Virus record (IMG/VR): IMGVR_UViG_3300038603_000024 | Location: 1 to 64,000 of that record | DNA: 64,000 nucleotides | Source of the DNA: a virus | Taxonomy: Duplodnaviria; Heunggongvirae; Uroviricota; Caudoviricetes | Reading direction: 5' to 3' (one strand) | In this document: piece by piece, positions 57,542-64,000 of the stretch | Layout of the letters: the number at the start of each line of letters is the position of its first letter | How positions within the stretch are numbered: position 1 is the stretch's first letter | Notes under the pieces: model-generated | What the model saw: only the letters and a program-made list of their open reading frames with translations | Databases searched by the model: none | What the model was told of the DNA's origin: nothing | Made by a program: the position numbers and the translations under genes

Positions 57542-58407
57542 CACGAATAGCTCCCGGAATATCCCCAGCCAAGGCAAGGATCAACCGGGTTGTATGTCCC
57601 ATTGGGGTCTGATTCGACGGGTTCATACTCCATCAGCCAGTCAACAGCTCGTGACATCCAAGAACTCGAACGGTTTTCCTGCTCAGGTTCGGTGGTTTTG
57701 ACCATGCCAACGGATTGATCATCACGTGTTTGGTGATTGATTGGTACGTCAGAGGGTTTATCAACCGGGTTTTCCCAGCCAGAAGATGAAACCTGCGGGT
57801 ATGTGACCTCAGATTGTTTATGCTTTGGCTTGGGCTTTGCTACCTCAGTGTCTTTCGGTGCGGTCGAAACCTCGTGAGTGCTATGATTGTTAGTCTTACC
57901 CTTGGCTAGGTTATACGAATTATCCTTACAGGTGGACTCCCGTTCCAGCTTTTTGATGAAGCGGCTGGTGAAGCAACCCTCTGAAACTGCTCGCAAAAAC
58001 CGTTTTACCCAGCACAATCCGCACATACGGAAAATGGCCTCATGATCCACGCGATATTGGGTGGCGATATTACGCCCGCCGCGCATGTGAGAGACAGGAA
58101 TTAGAACGCCAGCTTCACGCAGGATGCTGAAGACTTTGGTAACGGTCCTCTCCGACACCCTTGCCTTGCGAGCAATCAACTTGCGGCTGGGGTGAATGTA
58201 ATCTTTGGGGCCAGACTTGTGGTGAAACCAATGATTGACGATTGTCATGATGACATCACGGTGGCATCGGTTATCAATCCCGCTTCTAATCGCTTGGCGC
58301 GTCAGTCGGCGGAATGCATTTTCCTGGCTGTCTTTAAAGTCTATCAAGGCTCGATCCCTATATACAGTGCCGAGCCAGTTGAACATCATAATCTGTTGTG
58401 TTACCAC
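57541..58407 (-). CDS. Putative replication-initiator / winged-HTH DNA-binding protein (288 aa).
   Basis: HTH-like segment KARVSERTVTKVFSILREAGVL. Sits immediately upstream of the helicase and primase. Confidence 0.4.
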   Translation of the reverse strand: MVTQQIMMFNWLGTVYRDRALIDFKDSQENAFRRLTRQAIRSGIDNRCHRDVIMTIVNHWFHHKSGPKDYIHPSRKLIARKARVSERTVTKVFSILREAGVLIPVSHMRGGRNIATQYRVDHEAIFRMCGLCWVKRFLRAVSEGCFTSRFIKKLERESTCKDNSYNLAKGKTNNHSTHEVSTAPKDTEVAKPKPKHKQSEVTYPQVSSSGWENPVDKPSDVPINHQTRDDQSVGMVKTTEPEQENRSSSWMSRAVDWLMEYEPVESDPNGTYNPVDPCLGWGYSGSYS

Positions 58408-58495
58408 TGAACTTGGCTTTTCGCTGATGCCACTTTAGCCTAACCGGCTGATAAATGCAAGGCCCCGCTTGTCTCCTTGGCGGGGCCTTCAATAT

Positions 58496-58864
58496 TTAGT
58501 CGGGCAGTTTGTACAGGAAAGTGTTTTTCTGCTTCCTTCGGACAACCTCGCCATCTGCAGCCAGTGCCTTTAGCACCTCGCGGCTAACTTTCTCGCTCAT
58601 GTCAGTAAACGTCGAAACGCGCTTGGCACACGCCCAGTCATCAATATTGGCTAGGACACTCTTAACATCATCCCTCCGGAAACGTCGCAGCCTCGCCTTG
58701 GCCTGAGACACGCTCTCATCAATTGGGATATGACCCATTCGCTCTGATGGCTTTTCCTTCGCGTACCCAGACAGGTAGTGGGACACCAGCGCGTCATTCT
58801 CTGCTTGCGTATACCGCGCCAGCCACGGCATGTCTCTGGATGTATTGCTTGTAGGCAGGTTCAT
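58496..58864 (-). CDS. Hypothetical protein with a C-terminal winged-helix-like region (122 aa).
   Basis: I took the internal start, which has a GGAGAG ribosome-binding site. Confidence 0.35.
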   Translation of the reverse strand: MNLPTSNTSRDMPWLARYTQAENDALVSHYLSGYAKEKPSERMGHIPIDESVSQAKARLRRFRRDDVKSVLANIDDWACAKRVSTFTDMSEKVSREVLKALAADGEVVRRKQKNTFLYKLPD

Positions 58865-58915
58865 GTGTTTCTCTCCATGTTTGATACGTAACGAATACCA
58901 CGCCAGATACACGTG

Positions 58916-59236
58916 TCAATTAAAAGTTGATCCGCCCTCGGTGTCTTCATCAATCGCCCCAATGGCTATCAGAGCCTCTGTCACGCTCTTAACGACGTAG
59001 ACAGTACCCAGCCAGGCGCAATGCCATGTTTCTTGATCTGGGGTTAGCTTACGCGCGCTAGGCGGCTTCTTTCCGTCCTTCACCTCTAACAGATAGTTGC
59101 CACCCCTAAACCCTACCAACAGATCGGGACAGCCTTTACCAACAGCGTGTAGGTGTTCGACTGACGCCCCTACCTTGCGCAAGGCTTTGACGATTTCTTT
59201 CTGATTGCGGTCCACCCGCGCGGCGTATTTGGGCAT
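58916..59236 (-). CDS. VRR-NUC domain nuclease.
   Basis: RVDRNQKEIVKAL...GCPDLLV...LLEVKDGK fits the VRR-NUC pattern. Confidence 0.6.
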   Translation of the reverse strand: MPKYAARVDRNQKEIVKALRKVGASVEHLHAVGKGCPDLLVGFRGGNYLLEVKDGKKPPSARKLTPDQETWHCAWLGTVYVVKSVTEALIAIGAIDEDTEGGSTFN

Positions 59237-59379
59237 ATCTATCTCCTGGATTGTTTCCCCACAAGATACCACAGGCCGCCGAAAAAGGAAAAGGGCCAGC
59301 GGTTAAGCCAGCCCAGTTCGGTGTTGCGTGTCAGTGTTAGCCGTGCTATATGTGCATTTGTCAGGCTAAGCCATTGATA

Positions 59380-59853
59380 TTAGAAGAGAATTTCCGATTC
59401 GTCCAGATTATGAGGGACAGCCGCTGGCGCTTGGAAATTCTGCTGGCCCTGGTTGTAGCCGCCTTGTTGCGCTCCATTATTGGCTTGGGCTTGTCCGCCA
59501 TTCGGGCCATCGAGCATAACCAGCTGAGAGCCGGGGCCTTGCAGCACCACTTCTGTCGAGTAACGGTCTTGCCCGTTTTGGTCCTGCCACTTACGTGTTT
59601 GCAGCTTACCCTCGATGTAAACCTTGGATCCTTTACGCAGGTACTGTTGCGCCACTCGAACAAGCCCTTCACCGAAAATGGTGATATTCACCCATTCTGT
59701 TTTCTCTTTGCGCTCTCCGGTGTTTCGATCCTTCCAGCTTTCGGAGCAGGCAATACTAAAACTGCAAGCTTGCCCGCCATTTTGAAAACTCCGAACTTCA
59801 GGATCTCGGCCAAGGTTGCCGATAAAGATGCACTTATTTACTGATCCGCTCAT
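59380..59853 (-). CDS. ssb: Single-stranded DNA-binding protein.
   Basis: OB-fold N-terminus [15 protein letters not shown], a Gly/Gln-rich linker and an acidic tail DESEILF. Confidence 0.9.
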   Translation of the reverse strand: MSGSVNKCIFIGNLGRDPEVRSFQNGGQACSFSIACSESWKDRNTGERKEKTEWVNITIFGEGLVRVAQQYLRKGSKVYIEGKLQTRKWQDQNGQDRYSTEVVLQGPGSQLVMLDGPNGGQAQANNGAQQGGYNQGQQNFQAPAAVPHNLDESEILF

Positions 59854-59855
59854 GT

Positions 59856-60059
59856 TTATTCTCCTGTGTTTACTGTAATCAGGTGGTGGGTTGTTCCGTA
59901 CTCATCTACCCGCGCGGCGTTGGCTTCACTTGCCTCAACCTCTTTGCGGATGCAATGGCGCACGGCTTCATTGATGGTTTCGATTCCCTCGCGCTCCATC
60001 ATTGCGCGCAGCCTGTCCCACAATACGCGGGGCGCGGCAATCTTTTTCTCTTGGTTCAT
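59856..60059 (-). CDS. Small RHH/Arc-like putative regulator (67 aa).
   Basis: First gene of the leftward replication operon. I took the internal start, which has a GGAGAG ribosome-binding site. Confidence 0.35.
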   Translation of the reverse strand: MNQEKKIAAPRVLWDRLRAMMEREGIETINEAVRHCIRKEVEASEANAARVDEYGTTHHLITVNTGE

Positions 60060-60098
60060 GGTGTCTCTCCATCTGCGATAACCTGAACCTACCCCCAT

Positions 60099-60172
60099 TG
60101 CGGGTTACGATCAAGGGTTGACTGCGTTGTTTTTGGTGTTTATTGTGGTTTGCGAGGATAAGGAGAAACGAC
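60099..60172. promoter_or_regulatory. Divergent early control region, with a candidate rightward promoter TTGACT-N15-TTTATT.
   Basis: This is the point where the strand switches between the leftward replication operon and the rightward early operon. The -35 and -10 elements are recognised by eye only. Confidence 0.3.
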
Positions 60173-60496
60173 ATGGACTGCCTGCACTGCAATGACACTG
60201 GACTATTTCTCAACGGATCGGGCCACCGTTCTCGCGGCTATCCGTTTGGGGAGTCATCTTTTGAGGACTACTGCTCCTGCTCGCATGGTCGAGATCTGAA
60301 GCAAGAGGAACTGGCGCACGATACCGCTCCTGCATTCCCGTCTAGTGTTCTTGTCGATGCGTCCATTGATGCACACGACAAAAAGATGAAAGCGGCAGGC
60401 AAACATCAGTGCAAGGGATTTATTGGGGCTGAATGCACGATGTGGATTGATGAGCCTGGTCGGTGCCATGACTGCGAGGCGGAGTACAACCGATGA
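60173..60496 (+). CDS. Cys-rich putative zinc-finger protein (107 aa).
   Basis: Multiple CxxC, CxC and HxC pairs. GGAGAA ribosome-binding site. Confidence 0.45.
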   Translation: MDCLHCNDTGLFLNGSGHRSRGYPFGESSFEDYCSCSHGRDLKQEELAHDTAPAFPSSVLVDASIDAHDKKMKAAGKHQCKGFIGAECTMWIDEPGRCHDCEAEYNR

Positions 60497-60642
60497 AAGA
60501 GAGAAAGTTTATCGAGCGCGAGATTTGGGGTTGGCTTATCGTCGGTTCTATGATCTTGCTGATTGCACTCTGGGCCGTTCCCGCCGCGTATGGCGTGATT
60601 GTAGACCAGATCAACGTAAACCCAATGGAGACTTTTGACTGA
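60493..60642 (+). CDS. 49-aa single-TM protein.
   Basis: Hand-translated MKERKFIEREIWGWLIVGSMILLIALWAV..., with ATGA coupling at both ends. Confidence 0.35.
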   Translation: MKERKFIEREIWGWLIVGSMILLIALWAVPAAYGVIVDQINVNPMETFD

Positions 60643-60848
60643 TGGCACAGCCGACACCCGCACAAATCAAAGCCGCAATCTACACCGCCATTCGTGAGCA
60701 TGAGGCGCGTGTACGAGTAGAGCGCAAAGGTGATCCTTCTGGCTTGGTGGCTGGCCTGTTCCCCGCTACCGCATATTCGATCATTGAAGACGCAATCACA
60801 AAAGCCTGCGACGAACGCGCAGCACAGACAGAGGAAGTTGCAGCATGA
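60642..60848 (+). CDS. Hypothetical protein (68 aa).
   Basis: ORF in the track, coupled to its neighbours. Confidence 0.35.
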   Translation: MAQPTPAQIKAAIYTAIREHEARVRVERKGDPSGLVAGLFPATAYSIIEDAITKACDERAAQTEEVAA

Positions 60849-61444
60849 ACTGGCAAGACGTAGCGAAGGAACTTGCAAAGCCGCTTAGCCCCGATGCAAT
60901 CAAGCCCCCGCCACAGGGCAAGTATGGCGAGTATGTGGAGGCTCTGCATGTTATCCGGGAGGCTAACCGCATCTTTGGATTTGACGGGTGGAGCTATGAT
61001 GTGCGCAGCATCAACCTGACTAATGCCACTAGCGACAACGGTAAGCATCGTGTCGGGTATATGGCAGTTGTGTGCGTGACTATTGATGGCGTCAACCGTA
61101 CCGACGTTGGGCACGGTCAGGGCTTCGGTAAGAGTGAGGGTGACGCGCATGATAGCGCTGTTAAGGAGGCGGTTACGGATGGCTTGAAGCGGGCGCTGCG
61201 GACATTCGGTAATACCTTTGGTTTGGCTCTGTATGAAAAAGATCTTGCGGCACGTGAGGTCGGGTATTCCCTAAGCCAGGATCAGATCGACAGCGCGACC
61301 AGTGCCCTAGCCAAGTGTGAGACACTCAAGGCTCTGCAGGAAACCTACGTTGACATGTACCGGCGCAACAAGGCACTTGCCGAACATCAGGATGTTGTGG
61401 CTGCGAAGGACAAGCGCAAGGCTGAACTTGAGGCCGCATCATGA
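60845..61444 (+). CDS. Rad52-family single-strand annealing protein.
   Basis: Rad52/Sak-like core LHVIREANRIFGFDGWSYDV...GHGQGFG. Confidence 0.55.
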   Translation: MNWQDVAKELAKPLSPDAIKPPPQGKYGEYVEALHVIREANRIFGFDGWSYDVRSINLTNATSDNGKHRVGYMAVVCVTIDGVNRTDVGHGQGFGKSEGDAHDSAVKEAVTDGLKRALRTFGNTFGLALYEKDLAAREVGYSLSQDQIDSATSALAKCETLKALQETYVDMYRRNKALAEHQDVVAAKDKRKAELEAAS

Positions 61445-61578
61445 GTAAGGGACTAACCCCAGTTGAAACGCGGGTGGCGACGTATCTCAAAGCTATCTTA
61501 AAGTCTAACGATATTGAGACTATACATCGCGAAGCCCGTATGGCATTACGTATCTGTGAAGAGGAGAAAGCAAAATGA
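61441..61578 (+). CDS. Hypothetical 45-aa protein.
   Basis: Hand-translated, with ATGA coupling at both ends. Confidence 0.3.
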   Translation: MSKGLTPVETRVATYLKAILKSNDIETIHREARMALRICEEEKAK

Positions 61579-61688
61579 CAACCGCTGACAAACTGAACAA
61601 GCTGGCTGACACCATTGAGCGCCAGCATGGTCGTAAACTAGTAGCTGGCTTACGTGAGCTGGCTGATAAGATGAGCAAGGAGAAGTGA
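61575..61688 (+). CDS. Hypothetical 37-aa protein.
   Basis: Hand-translated small ORF that fills the gap exactly. Confidence 0.25.
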   Translation: MTTADKLNKLADTIERQHGRKLVAGLRELADKMSKEK

Positions 61689-61689
61689 G

Positions 61690-61965
61690 ATGAAATTTAC
61701 CTACGACATCAAGCAAGACGACCGCGAGTGTGTGGCTTACCTGCACAGCTGCGGTGCCTTGTTCTTTAGTGCTAAATCTACGTATTCAGAACATGGTTTG
61801 AAGCAAGGGACTATTAGTCTAGGCGGCAGATACAACTGTACATCAAAGGCATGTCCCAACGGAACTGCAACGCTTTGTGAGGTTATAAGAAACGATGGTA
61901 ATAGTGGTACCAAATTCTACCCCGGCGACAGCGTGACTATCACTTTTGAGGAGACCAAACAATGA
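61690..61965 (+). CDS. Hypothetical Cys-containing protein (91 aa).
   Basis: ORF in the track, coupled to the GapR-like gene. Confidence 0.35.
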   Translation: MKFTYDIKQDDRECVAYLHSCGALFFSAKSTYSEHGLKQGTISLGGRYNCTSKACPNGTATLCEVIRNDGNSGTKFYPGDSVTITFEETKQ

Positions 61966-62216
61966 CTGACCAAACTACCGAAAGCTACCGCGTAACAGCA
62001 GGCGAACTGCGCCAATTCATCGAGCGTTTCGAGACACTGGACGCTGAGAAGAAAGAGCTGGCCGAACAACAGAAAGAAGTCATGGCGGAGGCTAAGGCCC
62101 GTGGGTATGACACCGCCGTGATGCGCAAGATCATCGCTCTGCGTAAGCGTGACAAGGATGATATCGCTGAGGAAGAGGCCGTTCTGGCGATGTATCTTGA
62201 CGCGTTGGGGATGTAA
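61962..62216 (+). CDS. GapR-like nucleoid-associated protein (DUF2312 / UPF0335).
   Basis: LRQFIERFETLDAEKKELAEQQKEVMAEAKARGYDTAVMRKIIALRKRD...LAMYLDALGM matches the DUF2312 family along its full length. Confidence 0.7.
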   Translation: MTDQTTESYRVTAGELRQFIERFETLDAEKKELAEQQKEVMAEAKARGYDTAVMRKIIALRKRDKDDIAEEEAVLAMYLDALGM

Positions 62217-62246
62217 GTCTTAACCATTGGCTAGGGAGAATCCGTT

Positions 62247-62705
62247 ATGGCAGATGTGCATATGGTCAAAGCCCTTGGCGGGTTCGTCCCTGCTGATGTA
62301 AACGCGCAAGAGTGGATGGATAAAGTCAAGATGGGTCAGGTTGTCAAGGCAGAGATCCGGTTGATGCGCAACGGCGGCTTTCACCGCCGGTTTTTTTGCA
62401 TGTTGAACACAGCATACCAGAACCACGAATGGCCGGAGATTGAAACCAAGTGGGGCAAGGGAAAGACATCCTTTGACATGTTCCGCAAATGGGTGACGGT
62501 TAAAGCTGGTCACTATGAGGTAGACTTTACCCCAGACGGAGAGGTCCGCGTTATCCCTAAGTCTATCTCCTGGGCATCAATGGATCAGGCAGAGTTTGAG
62601 AAGCTATACAGCGACGTGCTGGACGTTATCCTGATGCACTTCCTGACGAACTGGACAACGGGTGACATGGATCACGCGGTTGAGCAGATGATGGGGTATT
62701 CGTAA
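62247..62705 (+). CDS. DUF1367-like phage protein (152 aa).
   Basis: General resemblance to the DUF1367 family. Weak. Confidence 0.35.
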   Translation: MADVHMVKALGGFVPADVNAQEWMDKVKMGQVVKAEIRLMRNGGFHRRFFCMLNTAYQNHEWPEIETKWGKGKTSFDMFRKWVTVKAGHYEVDFTPDGEVRVIPKSISWASMDQAEFEKLYSDVLDVILMHFLTNWTTGDMDHAVEQMMGYS

Positions 62706-62773
62706 ACTACGCGCCCGTGGTACACTAGAGAATATTTGCAATGACGCCCGGATGAGGGCAAAGGAGGGAATAA

Positions 62774-63373
62774 ATGACTGACACAAGCAAAGAAAAGGTG
62801 GAGCGGTTTCGTCCTGCCAAAACCGACATGGCGCACTACGAGACAGATGCAGACATGAAGAATGACCCAGATGGCTCTTGGGTTAGATACGAGGATTATG
62901 ACGCCCTCCGCGCCAAGCTGCAGTCGGCACGGGATGAGGCGCAACACGGCGACGACATTGCGGTTGACCAATTTGCCGCCGCGATGAAAGCCAAGCTTAA
63001 AGACGCACGTGAAAATAAAGGTCGATCAGGCTGGGACGATCCGAAGCGCTGCAGCGACATGTTCTTGGCCTCTGCCCTCCTGCGTCATGCTTATAAACAC
63101 AACGCTGGAACGTTTGAGGACATCGCCAACTTTGCCATGATGCTGCACCAGCGTGGGGTGAGCCCCGCAATTATGAAAGAAGCAAACGCAGCGTTTGACG
63201 CTGAATTCCGAGATGAGGCGCTGGAAGAGGCGGCACAAGCAGTGGAAAGTGTTCGGCATATCGAGAAAGACCACTGGTCCCCAGAGTACCGTCAAGGCGG
63301 ACAGGCTATGAACATCGGTGCGTGTGGTGTAATCCGCGCCCTCAAGTCCACCAGCAATGAGGGGGAAGGGTGA
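62774..63373 (+). CDS. Hypothetical protein (199 aa).
   Basis: ORF in the track with a GGAGGG ribosome-binding site. Confidence 0.35.
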   Translation: MTDTSKEKVERFRPAKTDMAHYETDADMKNDPDGSWVRYEDYDALRAKLQSARDEAQHGDDIAVDQFAAAMKAKLKDARENKGRSGWDDPKRCSDMFLASALLRHAYKHNAGTFEDIANFAMMLHQRGVSPAIMKEANAAFDAEFRDEALEEAAQAVESVRHIEKDHWSPEYRQGGQAMNIGACGVIRALKSTSNEGEG

Positions 63374-63579
63374 TGGTCAAACGCAGAAACACCGTTGAAA
63401 GATGGATCGCAGAAATTTTCCCAACAAAGGAAACCAATCGCAGGGCAGACCTTCGCGACCGAGAAATTGACAAGATGGTTGGCGCTCAAAAGAGAAAGGC
63501 GTCCGACAAAAGCCCTCATACAGATTGGCGATCATTGCTCAAGATTGCACAGGAGACCCCCAATGACCGATCTGATTAA
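63370..63579 (+). CDS. Hypothetical protein (69 aa).
   Basis: ORF in the track, coupled. Confidence 0.3.
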   Translation: MMVKRRNTVERWIAEIFPTKETNRRADLRDREIDKMVGAQKRKASDKSPHTDWRSLLKIAQETPNDRSD

Positions 63580-63601
63580 AGCAGCGCTGGAGTAGCGTCC
63601 T

Positions 63602-63994
63602 GTGAAGAGAACAGGGTTTAAGTCACGCGGCAAACCGTTACGCCGAACTGCTCTAGGCAAGAAGCCCAAGCCAATGAAGCAGATCAGCGACAGCCGCAAG
63701 AAGTACCGTAATAGCGCAGAGGGTAAAGCCGCCGCCGAATACATGGCTAAGGTCAAGCAGCTCCCCTGTGCTATTACTGGCAAGGCAGGCCCGTCAGACG
63801 TCCATCACTGTATTAGCGGTAGATACGGCTCACGCAAGGCCAGCGACTGGGACGTTATCCCCCTGTGCGTTGAACTACACCGCCACCCGTACCCTGACGC
63901 CATCCACACGAACAAGCGCGCATGGGAAGAGAAGCACGGGCCGGATACGGATTACATAGAGCAGACACGCAAGCTAGTAGAGGATATGGATTGA
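63602..63994 (+). CDS. HNH-like / DUF968-like endonuclease-family protein (130 aa).
   Basis: Cys/His cluster CAITG...DVHHCISG...LCVELHRH. Confidence 0.4.
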   Translation: MKRTGFKSRGKPLRRTALGKKPKPMKQISDSRKKYRNSAEGKAAAEYMAKVKQLPCAITGKAGPSDVHHCISGRYGSRKASDWDVIPLCVELHRHPYPDAIHTNKRAWEEKHGPDTDYIEQTRKLVEDMD

Positions 63995-64000
63995 GATGTT

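Noticed and set aside
1-64000. Search for CRISPR arrays, integrase or recombinase genes, and a reverse transcriptase (for a diversity-generating retroelement acting on the tail fiber genes).
   Set aside because: No regularly spaced direct repeats were seen. No tyrosine or serine recombinase motifs and no RT motifs (YxDD) were seen in any frame. The tail-gene repeats are intragenic duplications, not template/variable repeat pairs.

Overview
The window reads as a near-complete tailed-phage or prophage genome of about 64 kb with moderately high GC, probably from an alphaproteobacterial host. No integrase, rRNA or CRISPR array is visible. The modules, left to right, are as follows.

- **1-90:** a tRNA-Arg(CCU)-like gene on the minus strand at the window edge.
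- **0.2-6.8 kb, minus:** a nucleotide and RNA metabolism module. It holds an Rnl2-family RNA ligase, ThyA, a ribonucleotide reductase interrupted by a LAGLIDADG intein, a HAD-family hydrolase and a dUTPase.
- **6.9-7.8 kb, plus:** a short regulatory cassette with an XRE HTH regulator, a DUF4406-like protein and a membrane protein, closed by a bidirectional terminator.
- **8.0-10.05 kb, minus:** an operon encoding a secreted protein, an HTH-metallophosphoesterase fusion and a small hypothetical protein.
- **10.05-10.98 kb:** a 930-bp gene-free, hairpin-rich region.
- **11.0-12.1 kb, minus:** an SPFH/band-7 protein with a small membrane partner.
- **12.6-14.1 kb, plus:** an orphan N6-adenine methyltransferase.
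- **14.3-16.6 kb, minus:** a lysis module with membrane proteins, a DUF3380-type muramidase, a holin-like protein and a lysis-associated membrane protein.
- **16.9-18.0 kb, minus:** a Met/Gly-rich small protein followed by four tandem, tightly packed lysine-rich basic miniproteins.
- **18.0-48.7 kb, minus:** a long virion module running, by gene order, portal - scaffold - capsid - small head/neck proteins - three large internal/ejection-type proteins (one carries lytic transglycosylase plus M15 peptidase domains) - a 1373-aa tail spike with two beta-helix domains - several large tail or fiber proteins.
- **49.1-52.9 kb, minus:** the packaging region, with a large terminase that has a LAGLIDADG intein in its Walker A loop. 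Downstream of it sit a SleB-like hydrolase and a DUF262 (DGQQR) protein.
- **53.2-60.1 kb, minus:** a replication module with a Dam-like methyltransferase, primase, SF2 helicase, initiator-like protein, VRR-NUC nuclease, SSB and an RHH-like protein.
- **60.1-64 kb, plus:** rightward early genes including a Cys-rich protein, a Rad52-like annealase, a GapR/DUF2312 homolog and an HNH-like protein.

A palindromic motif TTAACATGTTAAG recurs upstream of at least five leftward virion transcription units. All domain calls rest on motifs I recognised by eye in the supplied translations; nothing was searched.
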